The notes beneath the pieces were generated by a model. The model did not search any database and was not told where the DNA came from. It worked only from the letters and a program-made list of their open reading frames with translations. A stretch of 64,000 nt of DNA from Cyanophora paradoxa CCMP329 (taxonomy: Eukaryota; Plantae; Glaucophyta). Numbering within the stretch: position 1 is the stretch's first letter; every line of letters begins with the position of its first letter. Positions 40,416 to 55,000 of the stretch are shown in pieces. The stretch spans positions 124,001-188,000 of the forward strand of contig QPMI01000415.1 in NCBI GenBank assembly GCA_004431415.1, read 5' to 3'. A program made the position numbers and the translations under genes.

Positions 40416-43400
40416 TCCGGCGCTAGGACCGACGCCACGGGCACCGGGACCGAGGCGCCCAGCACGGGCCAGCCCCATGCGACTTGCGGCGCCGGCGCCG
40501 GCGCCGGCTGCGCCGCGATGCCGGCCTCGAGTGAGGGCGAGGGCGCCGCGGCCGCCCCGACGGCCGCCGAGTGCCGCCGGCGCTGGACGGCGATGGCGGT
40601 GCCGGCCACCGCCGCCACGAGCGCTGTGCCGCCGACTGCCGCCCCGATGGTGATGATCGCGTTCTGCGAGAGGCCGGACTGGGAGGAGGACGAGGAGGTG
40701 GTGGCAGCGGCCTGCCCGTTGCCCGAGCCGGTCGCCGAGGTGGCCTGCGTGGAGCCCGCGCTGCCGCTGCCGGCGGCCGCCGCATCCGTCGCCGCGGCGG
40801 CGGTGCCCGTGCTGGCGGCGACGGGGCTCGAGGCGGAGAGGGCGGTGGTGGAGGAGCCGTCGGCCGTCACAACGGGGATGTTGGCGCCCGGCGCCGAGAG
40901 GCCCGTCACCGCCCCGCCGAAGGTCGCCGCGTCCGCCGCGTCCGCCGGGAGGCTCGCCCCGGCGAGGACTGCCGCAGCGCCCTCCGCGAAGCTCCGCCCG
41001 CTCGTGCCCGACACGGCGCCCGCGAGGCCGGCCGCGAGCTGCGCGAAGGTGAGCGGGCGGGGGCGTGAAAATTTTAAAGGAGCGGGACAGGGGCGGACCT
41101 GGGCCGGAGACTGGCCGGAGGTTGCCGTGAGGGAAGCGGAGATGGACGCCGCGTCGGCGCGCAGGCGGCGGCCGGCGGCCGGCGCCGCGCAGGCCGTGTT
41201 CGAGACCGACGCGCAGCTCGTGCCGAGGTCGTCGCCGCCCATGACTGCCGGCGGGGGTCAGAGGCGCGCACGGGCAGAGGGCGAGGGCGGGCGGCGCACA
41301 GGAAATGAAGCACTGAAGGAGGCTGCAGCCGTTGGTCACGCAGCCGGCAGGAGCGGAGGCGGAGGTGGTCTTGGTGGACGCCATGGCCTCGCAGGTGCGG
41401 CGGAGGGCGCCCGACGAGGCCGCCGCCGACGCGAGCGAGAGCTGGATGTTCAGAGCAGAGACTGCGGGGTTCGGTCAGCTCGCTGCCCGGAGAGACACGA
41501 GGCGGGGCCACGCACAGTCGCCGGGGGCGGAGCGGATGAAGGGCCCGACGGCGGGGAAGGAGTAGTAGTCGTCTGCGCGGGCGTCGGTCAGAGACACGGA
41601 AGTGCAAATTAAAGGCGGCGAGGAGCCGGGGCGCACCAGTGGAGGCGGAGAAGAGGCCGCCGGTCTCGCTGCCGGGCAGCGGGAACTGCGGGGTCGCCAC
41701 GAAGACGCCGAGCGGCAGCGCCGGAGTGCCGTCCGCGGTGGTGAGCGCCACGGCCGAGGAAAGGCCGGTGAGGAGCGACACGGGCGTCGCCGGGTCCTTC
41801 GAGAGGCGCGCGTTCGTGAGGGAGATCTGCGGCGGCTGTCAGCGACAGACGATGAGCGAGGCCTGACGCGCGGAGGCGCACCCGGACGAAGCGGACGGGG
41901 CCGGGGATGAGCGGCATCTCGCGCGGCTGGCGGCGCGGCGGGCGCGGGTCGGTCCCGTTCATCGGAGGGCGCGCGCCGTCCATCGGGGGCCGCGTCTCGT
42001 TCATCGGGCCGTGCTCCGCGGGCGGGCGGGTCTCGTTCATCGGGTGGCGGGTAGCGTTGCCGCGGGGGCCGCGGGGGCCGCCGAGGCGCATGTGCGGGGG
42101 CCGCGGGATCTTCCACGGCAGCGAGTAGATCATCTGGAAGAGCGGCTTGGGCGCGCCCGCGGCGCCCTGAGCGCGCTGCTGCGGCGGCTGCTGCTGGCCT
42201 TGAGAAGGCTGCTGGCTGCCCTGCGCGGGGCCGCTGCGGGGACCCTGAGGAGGCTGCTGTCCCTGCGTCATCGGCGGCTGGCCGGCCGAGGGCGCGCCCT
42301 GCGGCGGCTGCATGCCCGCCTGGCCCTGCTGGCGGCCGGGACGGCCCTGCTGCTGCTGCTGCTGGCCCGATGCGCCCTGCGGCGGCGGCGGCGGCGGCAT
42401 CGTCTGCTGGCCGGAAGCCGACGCCGCGGGACCCTGCTGCTGCGGCTGCTGAAGGTTCTGCTGGGATGCCGGGCGCGGCTGGTCGGGCCGCATTCCCGCC
42501 TCCTCCTGCCGCATCGTCCTGACAGCGGGAGGCGTCAGATGCGCGTTCCGAGGAGCCCTGCGCCGGCACGGCAGCTCACATGGGGCACGTGCAGATATCG
42601 CCCTCCTCCTCCGGGCCGAACTGCGGCTCCCTGCGGACCGGCCGCTCGTCAGCAAGGGCTCAGTCGCGCGGTGGGGGCGCGCGGGGCGCACCGCTCGCGG
42701 GGCGGCTGCCCCTCGGGGCGCGACCCGTTGCGGGGAGGCGGCATCGAGAGAGGCTCCTGAGCGTTCGGCGGCGGGCCGCGCGGGCCCTCGCCCTCGCCCA
42801 TGCGCGGCGCCTCGCCCTCGCCCATGCGCGCCGGGCGCGGCTCCGAGGCGGTGGCGTTGAAGGACGGGCGCATGCCGCCGTCGCGCGGGCCGCCCATGCC
42901 GCAGTCGCAGGTGCCATTGTGCACGCGGCTGCGCGGAGCGTGAGCGGCGAAACATGCGCGGGGCCGGGGCGGCGCTCACCCGATGGACACGGCGGGCGCG
43001 GGGATGCACTCGGGGGCCGGGGCCGCGGGGTCGCAGGCCGGGTCCACGACGAAGAACGACGTGTCGTTGCGCACGCTGCCGTCGGCCGCCACAGTCGCGT
43101 TCACGTACGCGAGGCGCACGCCGGAGAAGTCGCCGGCCGTCTGTCGCAGCGTCAGCCGGCGAGCAGAGCGTCAAAGATGGCAGGGGCGGCGTGCCTGGTA
43201 CACGGTGAGGAGGCCGTCAGCGGCGTCGGGGGCGTCGAGGGAGAGGACGGCCACGCCGAAGGTGCCCGGCGGGATGCGGATCGGGGAGCCGGACTTGCGC
43301 GGGCGGAAGGGGAACGCCGGGGCGGGGGAGGCGTAGCGGTTCGACAGGTACGTCACGCGGTGCACGCGGCCGGCGCCGCCGAGGACCGCCCGGAAGCCGC

Positions 43401-43955
43401 GCAGCTCGAAGACGATGGTCAGGTTGTCGCCGGAGCCGGCGCCGGCCGCGCCCTCCGCGGAGAGCGCGGGCTTGAAGAAGCAGGCGGCGTTCCCGTCCTC
43501 CGACGAGCCCTGCACGATGCCGGTCCAGAGCGCCGCCGGCGCCTCCCGCTCCAAGTGCTCCTCGGGGACAGTCGCGTTCTCCGCGGGGGCCGGCGGGGGC
43601 GGCGGAGGCGGGAGGGTGACGTTCACGGCGCGGCCGATGAGCTTGTCGCACTCCTGCGCGCAAGGCGGTGAGCCCGTAGCGAGCGCCCAATTCGATCTGG
43701 ACCGGCCGCGGGCGAGCGCACCTCGGAGACGACAGCGACGGAGAGGAAGGCGCCGGAGCTGTCGGAGGACATCGAGGCGAGCACGAGGCCGCGGGACACG
43801 GGGCCCTCAAAGAGCACGCCGTGGTGCGTCACTGCGCGTTTGGGTCAGCGCGCACGGGAAGCGAGGGCGGATCGGCTCGCACCGGCGGACGCGTGAAGGA
43901 CCGCAGAGATGAGGACGAGGGCCGCCAGGAGCGGCGCGCTCGACGCTCGCGCCAT
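40286..43955 (-). CDS. Host multi-exon type-I membrane protein of unknown function
   Basis: Signal peptide MARASSAPLLAALVLISAVLHASA at 43955. Q/P/G-rich middle and S/T/A-rich stalk. TM segment AIITIGAAVGGTALVAAVAGTAIAV followed by QRRR. Confidence 0.6.
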
Positions 43956-46028
43956 CGAGTGCGGGTGTGTCGAGGACTCGCTGAGCGCTAGCTAGGGACG
44001 GGCCGAGGCCGATCAGGGCCTTTGCTTGGCTCTCTTGCGGGCTGCGGGGATAGCTGGAGCCGCCTGCGGGTGCGCTGCGGCGACGGGAAGCCTGCCTGAG
44101 CACTCTTGGAGCTAGCTTTGAAGAGCGTCGCCTTGAGGCTTCGCGAATGAGGTCTTTGCCTCTCGCTGCGCGCTTTTGAAGCCGCCATTTCGCACTTCGC
44201 CGCCATTTCGCACTTCGCCGAAGTTCGCCCGCGCCCGAAGCTTCACCGAAAAGCTGCGAACGAAGGCCCGGCCGGGAGCTCCGAGCACGTGGAAAATTCC
44301 TGGAAATTGACAACGCAGAAAAAACGGGGTCGACGGTCCAGCCACGTGCACTGGCAGCCACTGCCAGGCACTGCCAGCCAGTGGAGGTCACTGGAGGACC
44401 ACTGGAGGACCAGTGGAGGTCCACCGGTAGCCGGCGCCGGGCCGCCGGCCCGGCGCCGGCGGCTCTGCTGTTGGAGTGGTACCCGGTGACCGGTTGGGCG
44501 GTAGCCCGCCGTAACTAGTAAGCCCGGCGGTACCGGTAGCTTTATAGCCTAGTACTAGGCTAGTAGCCTAGTACTAGTAGGGGACTGTAGGGCGTACTAG
44601 GGCCCCCGGCCCCCGGGCCCCAGCCCCCGGGGCCCGGACCGGGGCCGGACCCCGGGGCCCAGGCTATAATCGATGATATCGATGGGCCCCAGGCTCCGGC
44701 TACTCGCGATCGGTATCTTTTTGAAGGCACATACGTATACGTCATGATACTTGTACAAGCTACTAGGCTAGGCTACTCGGTATCATCTAGATCTGATCGC
44801 TGGCGATTCGCTGCTTGTACATGTACAAGCTACTTGAAGCTAGGCTACTCGGTATCATCATGGCATCTACAACTGACTCAGTGAAATGTGCGTTCACCGC
44901 CGTTCACGCGTTGGATAGTGGACACTGCTGTTCATGATCAGAATTCTAAGCCTGAAGAGTCGTGTTTAGAAGTTCTGGAGCTCCCATGGCCAGGAGTCGG
45001 CTTTGAGCGTACGCGTGGGGCCCGGGGGGCATGCGCAGCGTCAACGTCGCCGACGGGAAAGAACTTCGGAAATACGTAAATCAATGGAGCTGCCGCTCAT
45101 CGGCTTCCTCAGCTTGCAATTGCCTGCGAGGCTGCACCGCAGCAGTTGCAATTGCAATCGCGCTAGATCTCAATAAATTAGAAACGCAGCCTGCAGCTGC
45201 GGAGTCTGATCTGAGATCCGATGATCGTGATCATGAGACAAGTCGAAAGGGATTCGATTGATATTGATATCGATTCTATTGGAGTCAGTGGAAGTCAACA
45301 ATCGAATTCGGAGAAAGAAGCTAACTTGACAAGAGCCTGCGACACTGTCGGACTAGTACAAGTACGGCACAACATGGCAAGTAGCTATAGTAGTCATGAT
45401 TTCGAAATCGATGTAAGAGAATGAGATACGTATATACAAACAGCTTTGATTTGAAGCTGGGCCACGGTGAGCATTATAATAAGAAATGCTAGGCTCGCCG
45501 TCTTATCGGATGCGGGTGATCCGGTGGGGGTTGCGAAGTCGCACTGCGGCATCTATGGCATATAGGAGGATAGCTTCAGCTACACTGTGACATCTGTCTG
45601 AGTATGCAGTCAACACTGTATCCGTATACGTGTCCGATACAAGGAAGAAGAGACACGAGCAAATTAAAATACAGAAAGTACAGAAATAGTATCCAAAAAT
45701 AGGTACTAATTTCACTCCAGCTCGCAAAATAGAAAATCATTTTGAATAGACAATGAGAGCTCGAGAAGGCCGGGTCGTTCCCGCACTACGGCGGGACGAA
45801 ATACACTAGGCGGAATAACCTGTAATAAACCTGGGTAAGCACACGCTACGTGCAGTAATAACACTCTGCATCCTGAAAGGACGTTAAATACTTCGAATTC
45901 GTTGCAAATTAGAAATGGTTGCTGCTTGGCTAGTAAAACGTTGCAAATTGCAAATGGCTGCTGCTAGGATGCTTGCAAATTGCAAATGCAAATGGTTGCT
46001 GCAGCTGCTGGGTTGATAGTCTACATAG

Positions 46029-49000
46029 CTACTCTGGAATGGGCGCGGACGCCGCTGTCGCCGTGCGGGCGTGTGCGCTGAGGGCGCTGCCCGCGGCGCC
46101 GCCCGCGGTCGTGCCGGCGGGGCGGCGCCACTGCGTGTGGGCCTCGAGGGCCGTCAGGAGCTCGTCGGCGCGGATCGGCTTCCGAAGGAACCCTGTAGCC
46201 CCCCGCACGTCAGCTCTTGAATTTGAATTCGATGAGCCGCAGAGAAGCGAGCAAGCAAAGCGGTGCGGAGCGGAGAGGCGCACCGTCCATGCCCGCGGAG
46301 AAGCACCGCCGCTCGTCCCCGCTGAGCGCGTTCGCCCTGCGGCGCCGGCCCTCCTCCGGTCAGCCCGCGGCCGGCCCCGGATCCAATCTGAATTCGATTC
46401 GGGACGGGCGGCGCACGTGAGGGCGACGATGGGGGTACGGGGCGCCGCCTCCGAGGCATGCGCGTCCCCCGCGGCGGCCGCCGCAACCTCCAGGCGACGG
46501 ATCTCGGCCGTGGCGCCCACGCCGTCCAGACGGGGCTGCCGGCCGACCGGGCCCGGGCGCACGCGTTAGCTGCAGGGCAGGCCTAGCCTGGGCCGCGGGG
46601 GCTGGGCCAGGGGGTCAAATTTAAATGCGCACCATCATCATGTCCTGTCAGGATGGAAGGAAGGAGGGGGTCGCGAGGGCGATCGCGCGCATCAGAGTCG
46701 GCCTCGAGCTGCATCGAGAAACATAATCGACGGTGGAAATAATTACCATGAGGATGAGGTCTGCGATTCCCCGAATCGGATCAAATCTCAGAAGCAGGAT
46801 CAAATCTCGGATCAAATTACTTCGTGCGCACCGAAGCGGGCGCCGGGGGAGGAGAAGCGCTCGACGGCCTCTACCCCGTCCCACGCGATCTCGATCTCGA
46901 TCCCGTGCTGCCGGCGGGGTAAGGGGGCGCCTAGGCAGAGCGGGGGCGAGAGGGTGAAGGAGAGCGGGCCCGCAAGTCAAGGCCTTCGTATCCCCCCGCA
47001 GCCGCTCCCCCCCCCTCCCCCTCCCCCTCCCCCCCTCCCCCCTCCTTTCCAACTCGACGCAGCGGAGGGGATGGTGGGCGAAGAAAGGGGGCGGCGCCCA
47101 AATCAAATGCATTCGTATTCCCGTACCCCCTGCCCCCCCCTCCCGCCCCAACCTCGAGGGGGGAGGGAGGGGGGGGGGCGAACCTTCCTGAGCATCGCCT
47201 CGACCACCTTCTGGTTGAACGCCTGTAGAGGAAAAAAAGGGGGGGAGAAGCAGGTCAGATCAGAAAGGAACGGGTGGATTTTTTTGGGGGGGGGGGACCT
47301 GGTCCTCGACAAGCAGGATGCGGGGCTTGGGCCCGGCAGGGGGGTTGGAGGCATCGGTCCCCGCCCTCTCCGCGCCGGCGGCGCCCTCGGAGGCCTCGGG
47401 GGCAGAGGATGCTTCGGGCGCTTCCAGGGCCGGGGCCCGCCCCTCGGATCCGCCGGCGCCGGCGCCGGCGCCGGCGGGCCCCGCCTCAGCCCCGCCGCGG
47501 AGCTCCTTCAGGCCCTGTGCGAGCTTCCCCAGCCGGACGGGCTTGCCCAGCCACCCGACCCGCCTGTGCGACGTCAGGATCGAGAGTGGGGGCGAGCTCG
47601 GGGGGTACGGGCACGCGCCGGTTGGCGTTCGGGGAGGTCGCCGGGAGGGAACGGAGCGCGCCGGTTGGCGTGAGGAAGCCCCTGCGCCTGTTCGCGCTGC
47701 GGTCGGGGGCTCAGAGCGGAGTAAAGTAGACAGCAAAGCAGCAGCAGACTGGCTATTATACAGGCCAGAGATCTTAGAGAGAGAGCTCTTTATAAAGTGG
47801 TGATTCTTTTCGTCCTAAAGCATATGCATCCTAAAGAATCTTAAAGGATCTTGAAGAAAGAGGCGGGCCTGGAGAGGAGGACGGGTACGACGGCGGGCCC
47901 GAAGCGACCCTCCACGAGGTCCGCCAGGAGCGCCAGGCCCGGCGGGGGGGACGCCGCAGACGCGGACGCAGAGGAGACAGGAGGAGGCGCGGGGCGGCCC
48001 CCGAAGAAAGGAGAGGGGGGGGAGGAGGAGGAAGAAGAAGAAGAGGAGAGGGGCGCCGCGTCATCGACGACGACGACGTCGAAGTGGGCCGCCCCCGCCA
48101 GCACCGCGCGCGCCTGCGGGAGGAGGAGGAGGAAAGAGGGGCGGGGAGCGTGAGCAGCAGCAGCGGCGGTGGTGGAGTGCGAAGGCAGAAAGAAAGAAGA
48201 AAGAAGAAAGAAGAAGAGAGAAGAAAGAAAGAAAGAGAAAGGAAGGAAGGAAGAAAGAGAAAGGAAGAAAGGAAGAAAGAAAGGGCGGACCTCCTCGACG
48301 GAGGGGACGAGCTCGGCGAGCTGGCCCAGCGAGGAGAGGTACGCCGCGAGCACCCCCCGGATCGGCGCGCTGCGCGGGCGGCGGCGTCAGGGCGGGGCGA
48401 AGTCGAAATTGAAGTCTAGTTGAGTATAGGAGAGGAGGCGGGGCCGGGCGGGGCGGGGCGGGGCGGGGCAGGGCCGGTCGGACCAGCCAGAGACGACAAG
48501 GGTGCGGTGGGGCGGCTCGTCCACCGAGAAGGGCTGGCGCTCGTATGAGTGGCGGGGGAGAAGAGAGGGGGGGGAGAGGGGGGGGGGGGGGCGGGGGAGC
48601 GCACGTGGGGCAGGGCCGCCGGGGACAGGAGCGGCGAGTCCTGCGCAACCGGCAACCGGCGAGCGAAGGTCGTTGAGCGAGTGCGGAAAAGAGCCCTGTC
48701 GGCTCGTCGAGTCGAGAGGGTCAGGCCGCGCGCACCGGCATCAAGTCGCGGTCGAGGGCGGCGGCGGGGTCCAGGCTGAACGTCACCTCGAACGAGAAGG
48801 TCGTCCCCACGCCTGGCGCAGCCGGTTAGGGGGGTACAAGAGAGATCGGAGTGGGGGGGGGGGTTACCGAGCTGGGAGGTGGCGTAGATCCTCCCCCCCA
48901 TGAGCTCCGCCAGCTGCTTGCAGATCGAAAGGCCCATGCCCTGAAAGGAGGGGGGGTGGGGAAGAGGGGGGTAAGCTCAAGGAAGAAAGGCGGGGTACAC

Positions 49001-52000
49001 AAAAAAGCTCGCGATCTGGATCAAATTGGGGCGCACGGTGCCGCCGAACTTGCGGGTGATGGTCTCGTTGACCTGCACGAAGTCCTGGAAGAGGCGGGAC
49101 AGGCCCTCCTCGTCCATCCCCATACCCTGCCGGCTCAGGTCAGATCAGATCAGATCAGATCAGATCAGATTAGGGGAGCCCCGGGCTTGAGCCGAGCCGG
49201 GCGTAGCTCATCCTATTAAGCTTCGCCTTAGCTAAGCTATATAGAATACAAATAGAAGCTAAAAGCCGATCCAATTCAGGCGCGGCTCCAGTAAACTTTA
49301 AGCGATTGTTTAGCCAATGGTTCAAGCGGAGCTGAGCGGCGAAGGAAGGGGGAGCGCGCACGGTGTCGGTGACGGAGAAGCGGAGCAGGATGGTGTCGGG
49401 GGGGGGGGCGACGGCGGAGGACACGGAGCGCCGCGCCCCGGCCCGCCTCGAGCTCATGCTCGTCGTGCGGGAGCCGGGCATCGAGATGGACCCCAGGCCG
49501 TGCTGCGCGCGCGCGTCCTTCAGAGAGGGCGTAGGCGCTCTCTCATCGCTCATCGCTCGAGCTCATCGGAGGGCATCGACGGGACGGGCCGGACGCGGGC
49601 GGCGCACCATGATCTCGCAGGCGACGAGGACGTGCCCGCGCTTCGTGAACTTGCACGCGTTGTGCTGCGCGCGGGGCGTGAGGGGCGTGAGTGAGGACGG
49701 AGGCAGGGGCGCCGATGGGCCAGGGACCCAGGACCCCAAGCCCCCCCGCGCGCGGGGCGTGATGGGAGGCGGCGGTGGCGGGGGCGGGGCGCGGGGGCCG
49801 AGGGAGGGGCGCCGGCTCGATCGTTCGTTCGATCGGATGCTTCTGATGGGCGATCGAATATGCGGGCACTCCCAACCCAATTGCAACCCAGCCCTCTCGA
49901 GCCCCCGGATCGCGTACCCCGAGGTTGATGAGGATCTGGCGGACGCGCGTGGGGTCCCCCCGCACGCGCCCCGGCAGCTCCGGCGGCAGGTGGCACACGA
50001 TCTGAGGCGTCTCAGCGGCGGTCCGAGCGAGAATGCTGCGATATGCTCCGATCGGAGGCGATCCGGCGGGGCCGGGCGGACCTCGATGCCCTTGGTGTAG
50101 CAGGCGGGGGCGACGAGCTCGCACACGCCCTCGACGACCTGAAAGGGGAAGGGATCAGATCAGATATCGATCCGTGGGCGACCGGATCAGATTCGATCAG
50201 GCCGACGTCGACTAGACGAGTCAGAAAGATATATCAGCTTATATTAGAGGACACGTAGCCTCGGAGCAGGAAGCGTTTAGTCTGGAAGTTGGCTCGAACT
50301 CGCGGGCGGGCGCGGGCGGGCGCGCGCACGTCGCGGAGGTCGAAAACGATGCTCTCCAGCGTGACCATCCCCGCCTCCAGCTTCGAGATGTCTGCGGGGA
50401 GGAGGAGGAGGAGGGGCCCGTCTTAAGCCGAGGGCCGGGTGGGGGGGGACGGGGGTAGAGGGCTGCACCCAGGAGGTCGTTGACGACGGAGAGGAGCTGC
50501 TCGGAGCACTGCGGCGCGGCGGCGGTGGCGCCGTCGGCGGCGACGTCGGCGTTGGCCGAGGAAGGAGGGAGGAGGGAGGCGGGCGCCGACGGTCGGCGTT
50601 GGCGGCGGGCCGGGGCGGCGCTAAGCGGAGCTATATACAAAAGAGGCGCGCTCCGTCCCCGGAGGAAGGGGGCAAGAGGCGGCGGCCGAAGGGGGGGGGG
50701 GGGGGGGGGGAAGGCCCGGAAGCGCGGCAGAGCTTTCTGCAGAGCTCACCTGGCCGATGATCTGGACGTGGTCGCGCTGCTCGGCGGTCATCTCCGTCTC
50801 CCCCAGCACTTGCGCCATCCCCGTGATCCCTGGCCCCCGCCCCGAAGTCAGGCGAGCGCGGCGAGCGAGCGCGACCCAAGCCGGCGACCCGCCCCGCCCC
50901 GCCCCGCCTCCTCTCCTAGCTATAGACTTCGGTTTCGACTTCGCCCCGCCCCCCGCCCCTCCTCCGATCTGCCCCGCCCCGCCCCGCATCCTCCGCCCCG
51001 CCCCGCCCCGCCCCGCCCCCCGTCCTCCTCACCGTTGAGGGGGGTGCGGACTTCGTGGCAGACGTACGCGATGAGCCGCGCCTTCGCGTCCGCCGCCGCT
51101 GCGTGGGGAGGAAGAGGCGGCTTCAGGCTTGGCGGGGGGCGTGGCGGGGGCGGGGGCAGAGAGCTCTGAAAAGCTGGAGGCATAGGTGCACGTGGGAGCT
51201 CTAGGAGGCCCTAGATGCGCGCGAGGCAGAGGCAGAGGCAGAGGGGGCGGGCTCAAATTCAAGAGGCAGACACGACGGCTCTGGATTTAAACGGCTCTAG
51301 ACTTCGTCGTGGCGTGGGGCGGGGCGGGGCAAGCAAGGCGCGCACCCTTCATCTGGATGGCCCGCACTTTCTCGCTCATGTCCTGCCCGGCGAAGCGTAC
51401 GAAGCGTAAGAAAACGGACCGGACTCCGAAATTGATGAAAGAAGCGAGGGCACCTGCCCAACGAAGATGCCGCCGACGACGGCGCCCGAGGCGTCGCGGC
51501 GGGCGGCGCCGCTGACCATCAGCCGCACGGGGCCGCCGCCCTCCGAGTGCCCGGGCCCCCCCGCCTCCACCTCGTAGTTCTCCACCTCCTCCCCGCCCTC
51601 CAGCACCCTAACAGAAAACGAGAAGCTTAGCTTGGCCTGGCGGCTACGCTTGGCTTGGCTAGCCGCCAGCCTTCGTAAATAGCCTTCGCTTGGCTTCGCT
51701 AGGTTCGCTCTTAAATATAAGCTTGGCGCGGCCTTTTTATAATTAAGCTTTCTCTTTTAAGCTTTCAAGTTTCGTTCTGCGCGGACGGACGGACGGACCC
51801 GCTTATGACCTGCTGGAAGGCCTCGCGGCAGTGCTCGGCGACGAAGGAGGCGAAGGGCCGGCCCCGGGCGTTCTCGCGCGAGCACCCCTGCGAGACGGGC
51901 GGACGAGTCGGATCGAATCCAACAGAACGCGGTGGGGAAAGCTCAGAGGGGCGGGCGCATGCATATGCGCACGGCGATGCGCTCCATGGCGCCGTTCCAC

Positions 52001-55000
52001 TCCTCGACGTTCCCGTCGGCCCCGACGCCCACGATCGGCGCGTTCGAGTGCTGCCGGCCCCGTGATCAGCTGGCGCTCTCAAGCTCGAGCTGAGCCTAAG
52101 CTTGGCGCTTCTTGAAATTTCGCGTGCTAATTATAAGGTTGGGGAGCCATGCAAGAAATCATTGGATGCAAGAAAACGGAGTTTATGTTTATGATTAGCA
52201 TGCGCGTCTTTAAAGCAAACTTCGAAAGCATTTTAACAGCTAGCTCGACATCTCGCAATCCTATATATATATGTGTGTGTGTAGAGCACCTCGAGGAGGT
52301 TGCGCAGGTCGCTCGCGAGGGCCGTCGCCTTGCTCTCGCTCGCCCGCACGCTGCGGGGCGGATTAGGCGAAGACGCGAGCGAGACGGGAGAGTGGAGATC
52401 TAGAGTTCGAATCCGCGCACTTGCTGATGAGGGTTTGCCGCTCGCTCACGTCGCGAATCACGAGCACCTGCGCGAGGCGGCCGCGTCAGCCGGTATTGTC
52501 TGCGGGCTGCTCTTGCCCTTGCTGCTCTCAAGCTCAAGCTCGAGCGGTGCCGGCCGGCAGGGCCTATCAAGCTCGAGTTCAGCACGCACGTGCATGGCCT
52601 CGGCGTCGACAGCGAGGGTGCCGACGGAGATCTCGGCGGGGAAGGAGGCCGCGCCGGCGCCGAGGCGGTGGCACGTGAACTCGCGCGTGTTCGCGCTGCC
52701 GGCCTCCTGCGACCAGACGGAGCCCTCGCCGCGAAGGAAGTCGTCGAACCTGCCGCGGCCGACGACGTCGGCGTCAGAGCGGCGCAGTCGCGTACATCGG
52801 AGCAATGGCCTAAGGTGGCTTAGGTGTGGCGGTAGAGTTAAGGCTAGGCTGTGCCCGGCACGCGTGGCTTGCTTGGACTGGGTGTCCTTCATCAACTCTA
52901 ACCGTCTAATGGCGCCGTCGGAGCCGGGCGGGCGGGCGGGCGGGCGCACCGGCGCCGGACGTCGGCGTCGAAGGGGAGGAAGAGGTCCGCGAAGCTCTGC
53001 ACGCCCGTGATCGAGCCCCGCGCCTTGATCCCGAACAGCTGCCGCGAGAAACGTGTCGGCGTCGGATCCTGGTCCTAGACGTCCGAGCACCCCGACGCAC
53101 GTCGATGGCGCGCGCGTTGAGCTTCGTGACGCGGCCGCAGCTCCCGAGCACCACCACCGCGTCCGTCTGCAAAGGCGCCATGATCAGAGCAAGAAAGAGA
53201 GGAAAGAAGTGAGGGGCGACCGGGCGGGCGGGCGGGGCTCGCACCATTCCCGCCACGATGGAGATCATGGACCGCAGCTTCTCGATGGCGTCGGCGCACA
53301 TGTGCAGCTCCTTGAGCCGGCTCTTCAGCCTCTGGCCCGGTTGCTGGGGGGGGCCATGACGCTTCAGGGCCCAGCGCACGGTCGACCCGGCGTGCTCCGA
53401 CGGGCTCGCGCACCCTGGCCGGCACGCGGAGCGACGAGACGATGTGGACCTCGCGGACGAAGAGGCGGAGCTGGCGGGTGATCTGTGGGGCCGGTGATCG
53501 GAACGAGTTGGTTAGTTGGAGGACGGCCGCGGGGGCACGGCCGCGGGAGCAAAGAAGGTCGGGTCGCGATCGATCGATCGAGGCCTAGGGCGTGCGCTGT
53601 CGAAGGGTGCGGACCTCGACGGACACGAGGACCAGGACGAGGGCCACGATGGAGAAGGAGGCGACGCCGACCCCGACGCTGACCTGCGGATCGAAGGCCA
53701 AAGCGGTTTAGAGTTGGTGAGAACGGACCGAGAACGGACCGGGCGGCAGATCTAGAGCAAGTTGAAGTGAACGAACGGACCTTGGTGCTGACGATCACGA
53801 GGCTCTTGAAGTCGTCGTGCGGGGACGCGACGGCCACCAGGATCTGCGGAGGCGAGCGAGGGCCGCAAGCGCAGCCGTTGAGACACTTCCAATTGCAACA
53901 GCACACGTCAGAACACGAAAGCTCAAGCGAACCGTTAGGGGGCGCCCCGAGTCGGTTCTGGCGTAGAGTGCCGCCGCGTGTCGGACGGGGACCGTCACAG
54001 GGATCGTCCTTTTGAGCGGAAAAATTCAAAGTCAAGCTTGAAGTGGATGGGCCCGCGGGCCACGGCCGGCCGGCCGCGGCGCACCGAGTGGTGTACTGCG
54101 TCCCCTCGAAAGTGAAGTCGCCGCGGGCCACGGGGAGGTTCGTCGTCTGGCCGCGATCGAGTCGGCGTCGAGGAAGACGGACGAGAATAATCGAAGGCCA
54201 CGCACCGGGTCCCGCTCCCAGTTCGACGAACCGGCGGGGAGAGACTCCACGAACGCGCGCACCAGCGGGTTCTGCCGTGCCGAGGCGTCAGGTCCGGTCC
54301 AGAGCCGGCCGGCCACACACGCGCGACGTTAACGCGATCACAGCAACGACTGCCTCGGCCGCGGCGATGTTAACGCGATCACAGCAACGACTGCCTCAGC
54401 CGCGGCGATGTTAAAGCGATCACAGCAACGACTGCCTCAGCCGCGGCGATGTTAAAGCGATCACAGCAACGACTGCCTCAGCCGCGGCGATGTTAAAGCG
54501 ATCACAGCAACGACTGCCTCAGCCGCGGCGATGTTAACGCGATCACAGCAACGACTGCCTCAGCCGCGGCGATGTTAAAGCGATCACAGCAACGACTGCC
54601 TCAGCCGCGGCGATGTTAAAGCGATCACAGCAACGACTGCCTCAGCCGCGGCGATGTTAAAGCGATCACAGCAACGACTGCCTCAGCTGCTGTTAATGCG
54701 GCAGCAGCTGCTGCCTCAGCCGCGGCGCTCACTGTGAAGTTCGCGACTGGGACGAGTGCGTAGGCCGGGTCGTGCGGGGGGCGGGGCCCCCGCGGGTCGC
54801 GGTACGCCACCACGAGCTGCCGCCCGTCCTCACCCACCGCTGCGCCAAAAACCAAACGAAAAGAGATGAAAAAGAACGGATCGGAACGGCGACCGCGGCC
54901 GGGGGCGGCTGGGTTTGCGGACGGACCCGTCACGACGGCGATGCCGTTCGGAGTTACGACGAGGTCCGTCAGGAACTTGTTGAGGCTCACGACGTTCAGC

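Noticed and set aside
54328-54687. CRISPR array
   Set aside because: Units are head-to-tail with no unique spacers, the context is eukaryotic, and there are no cas genes.
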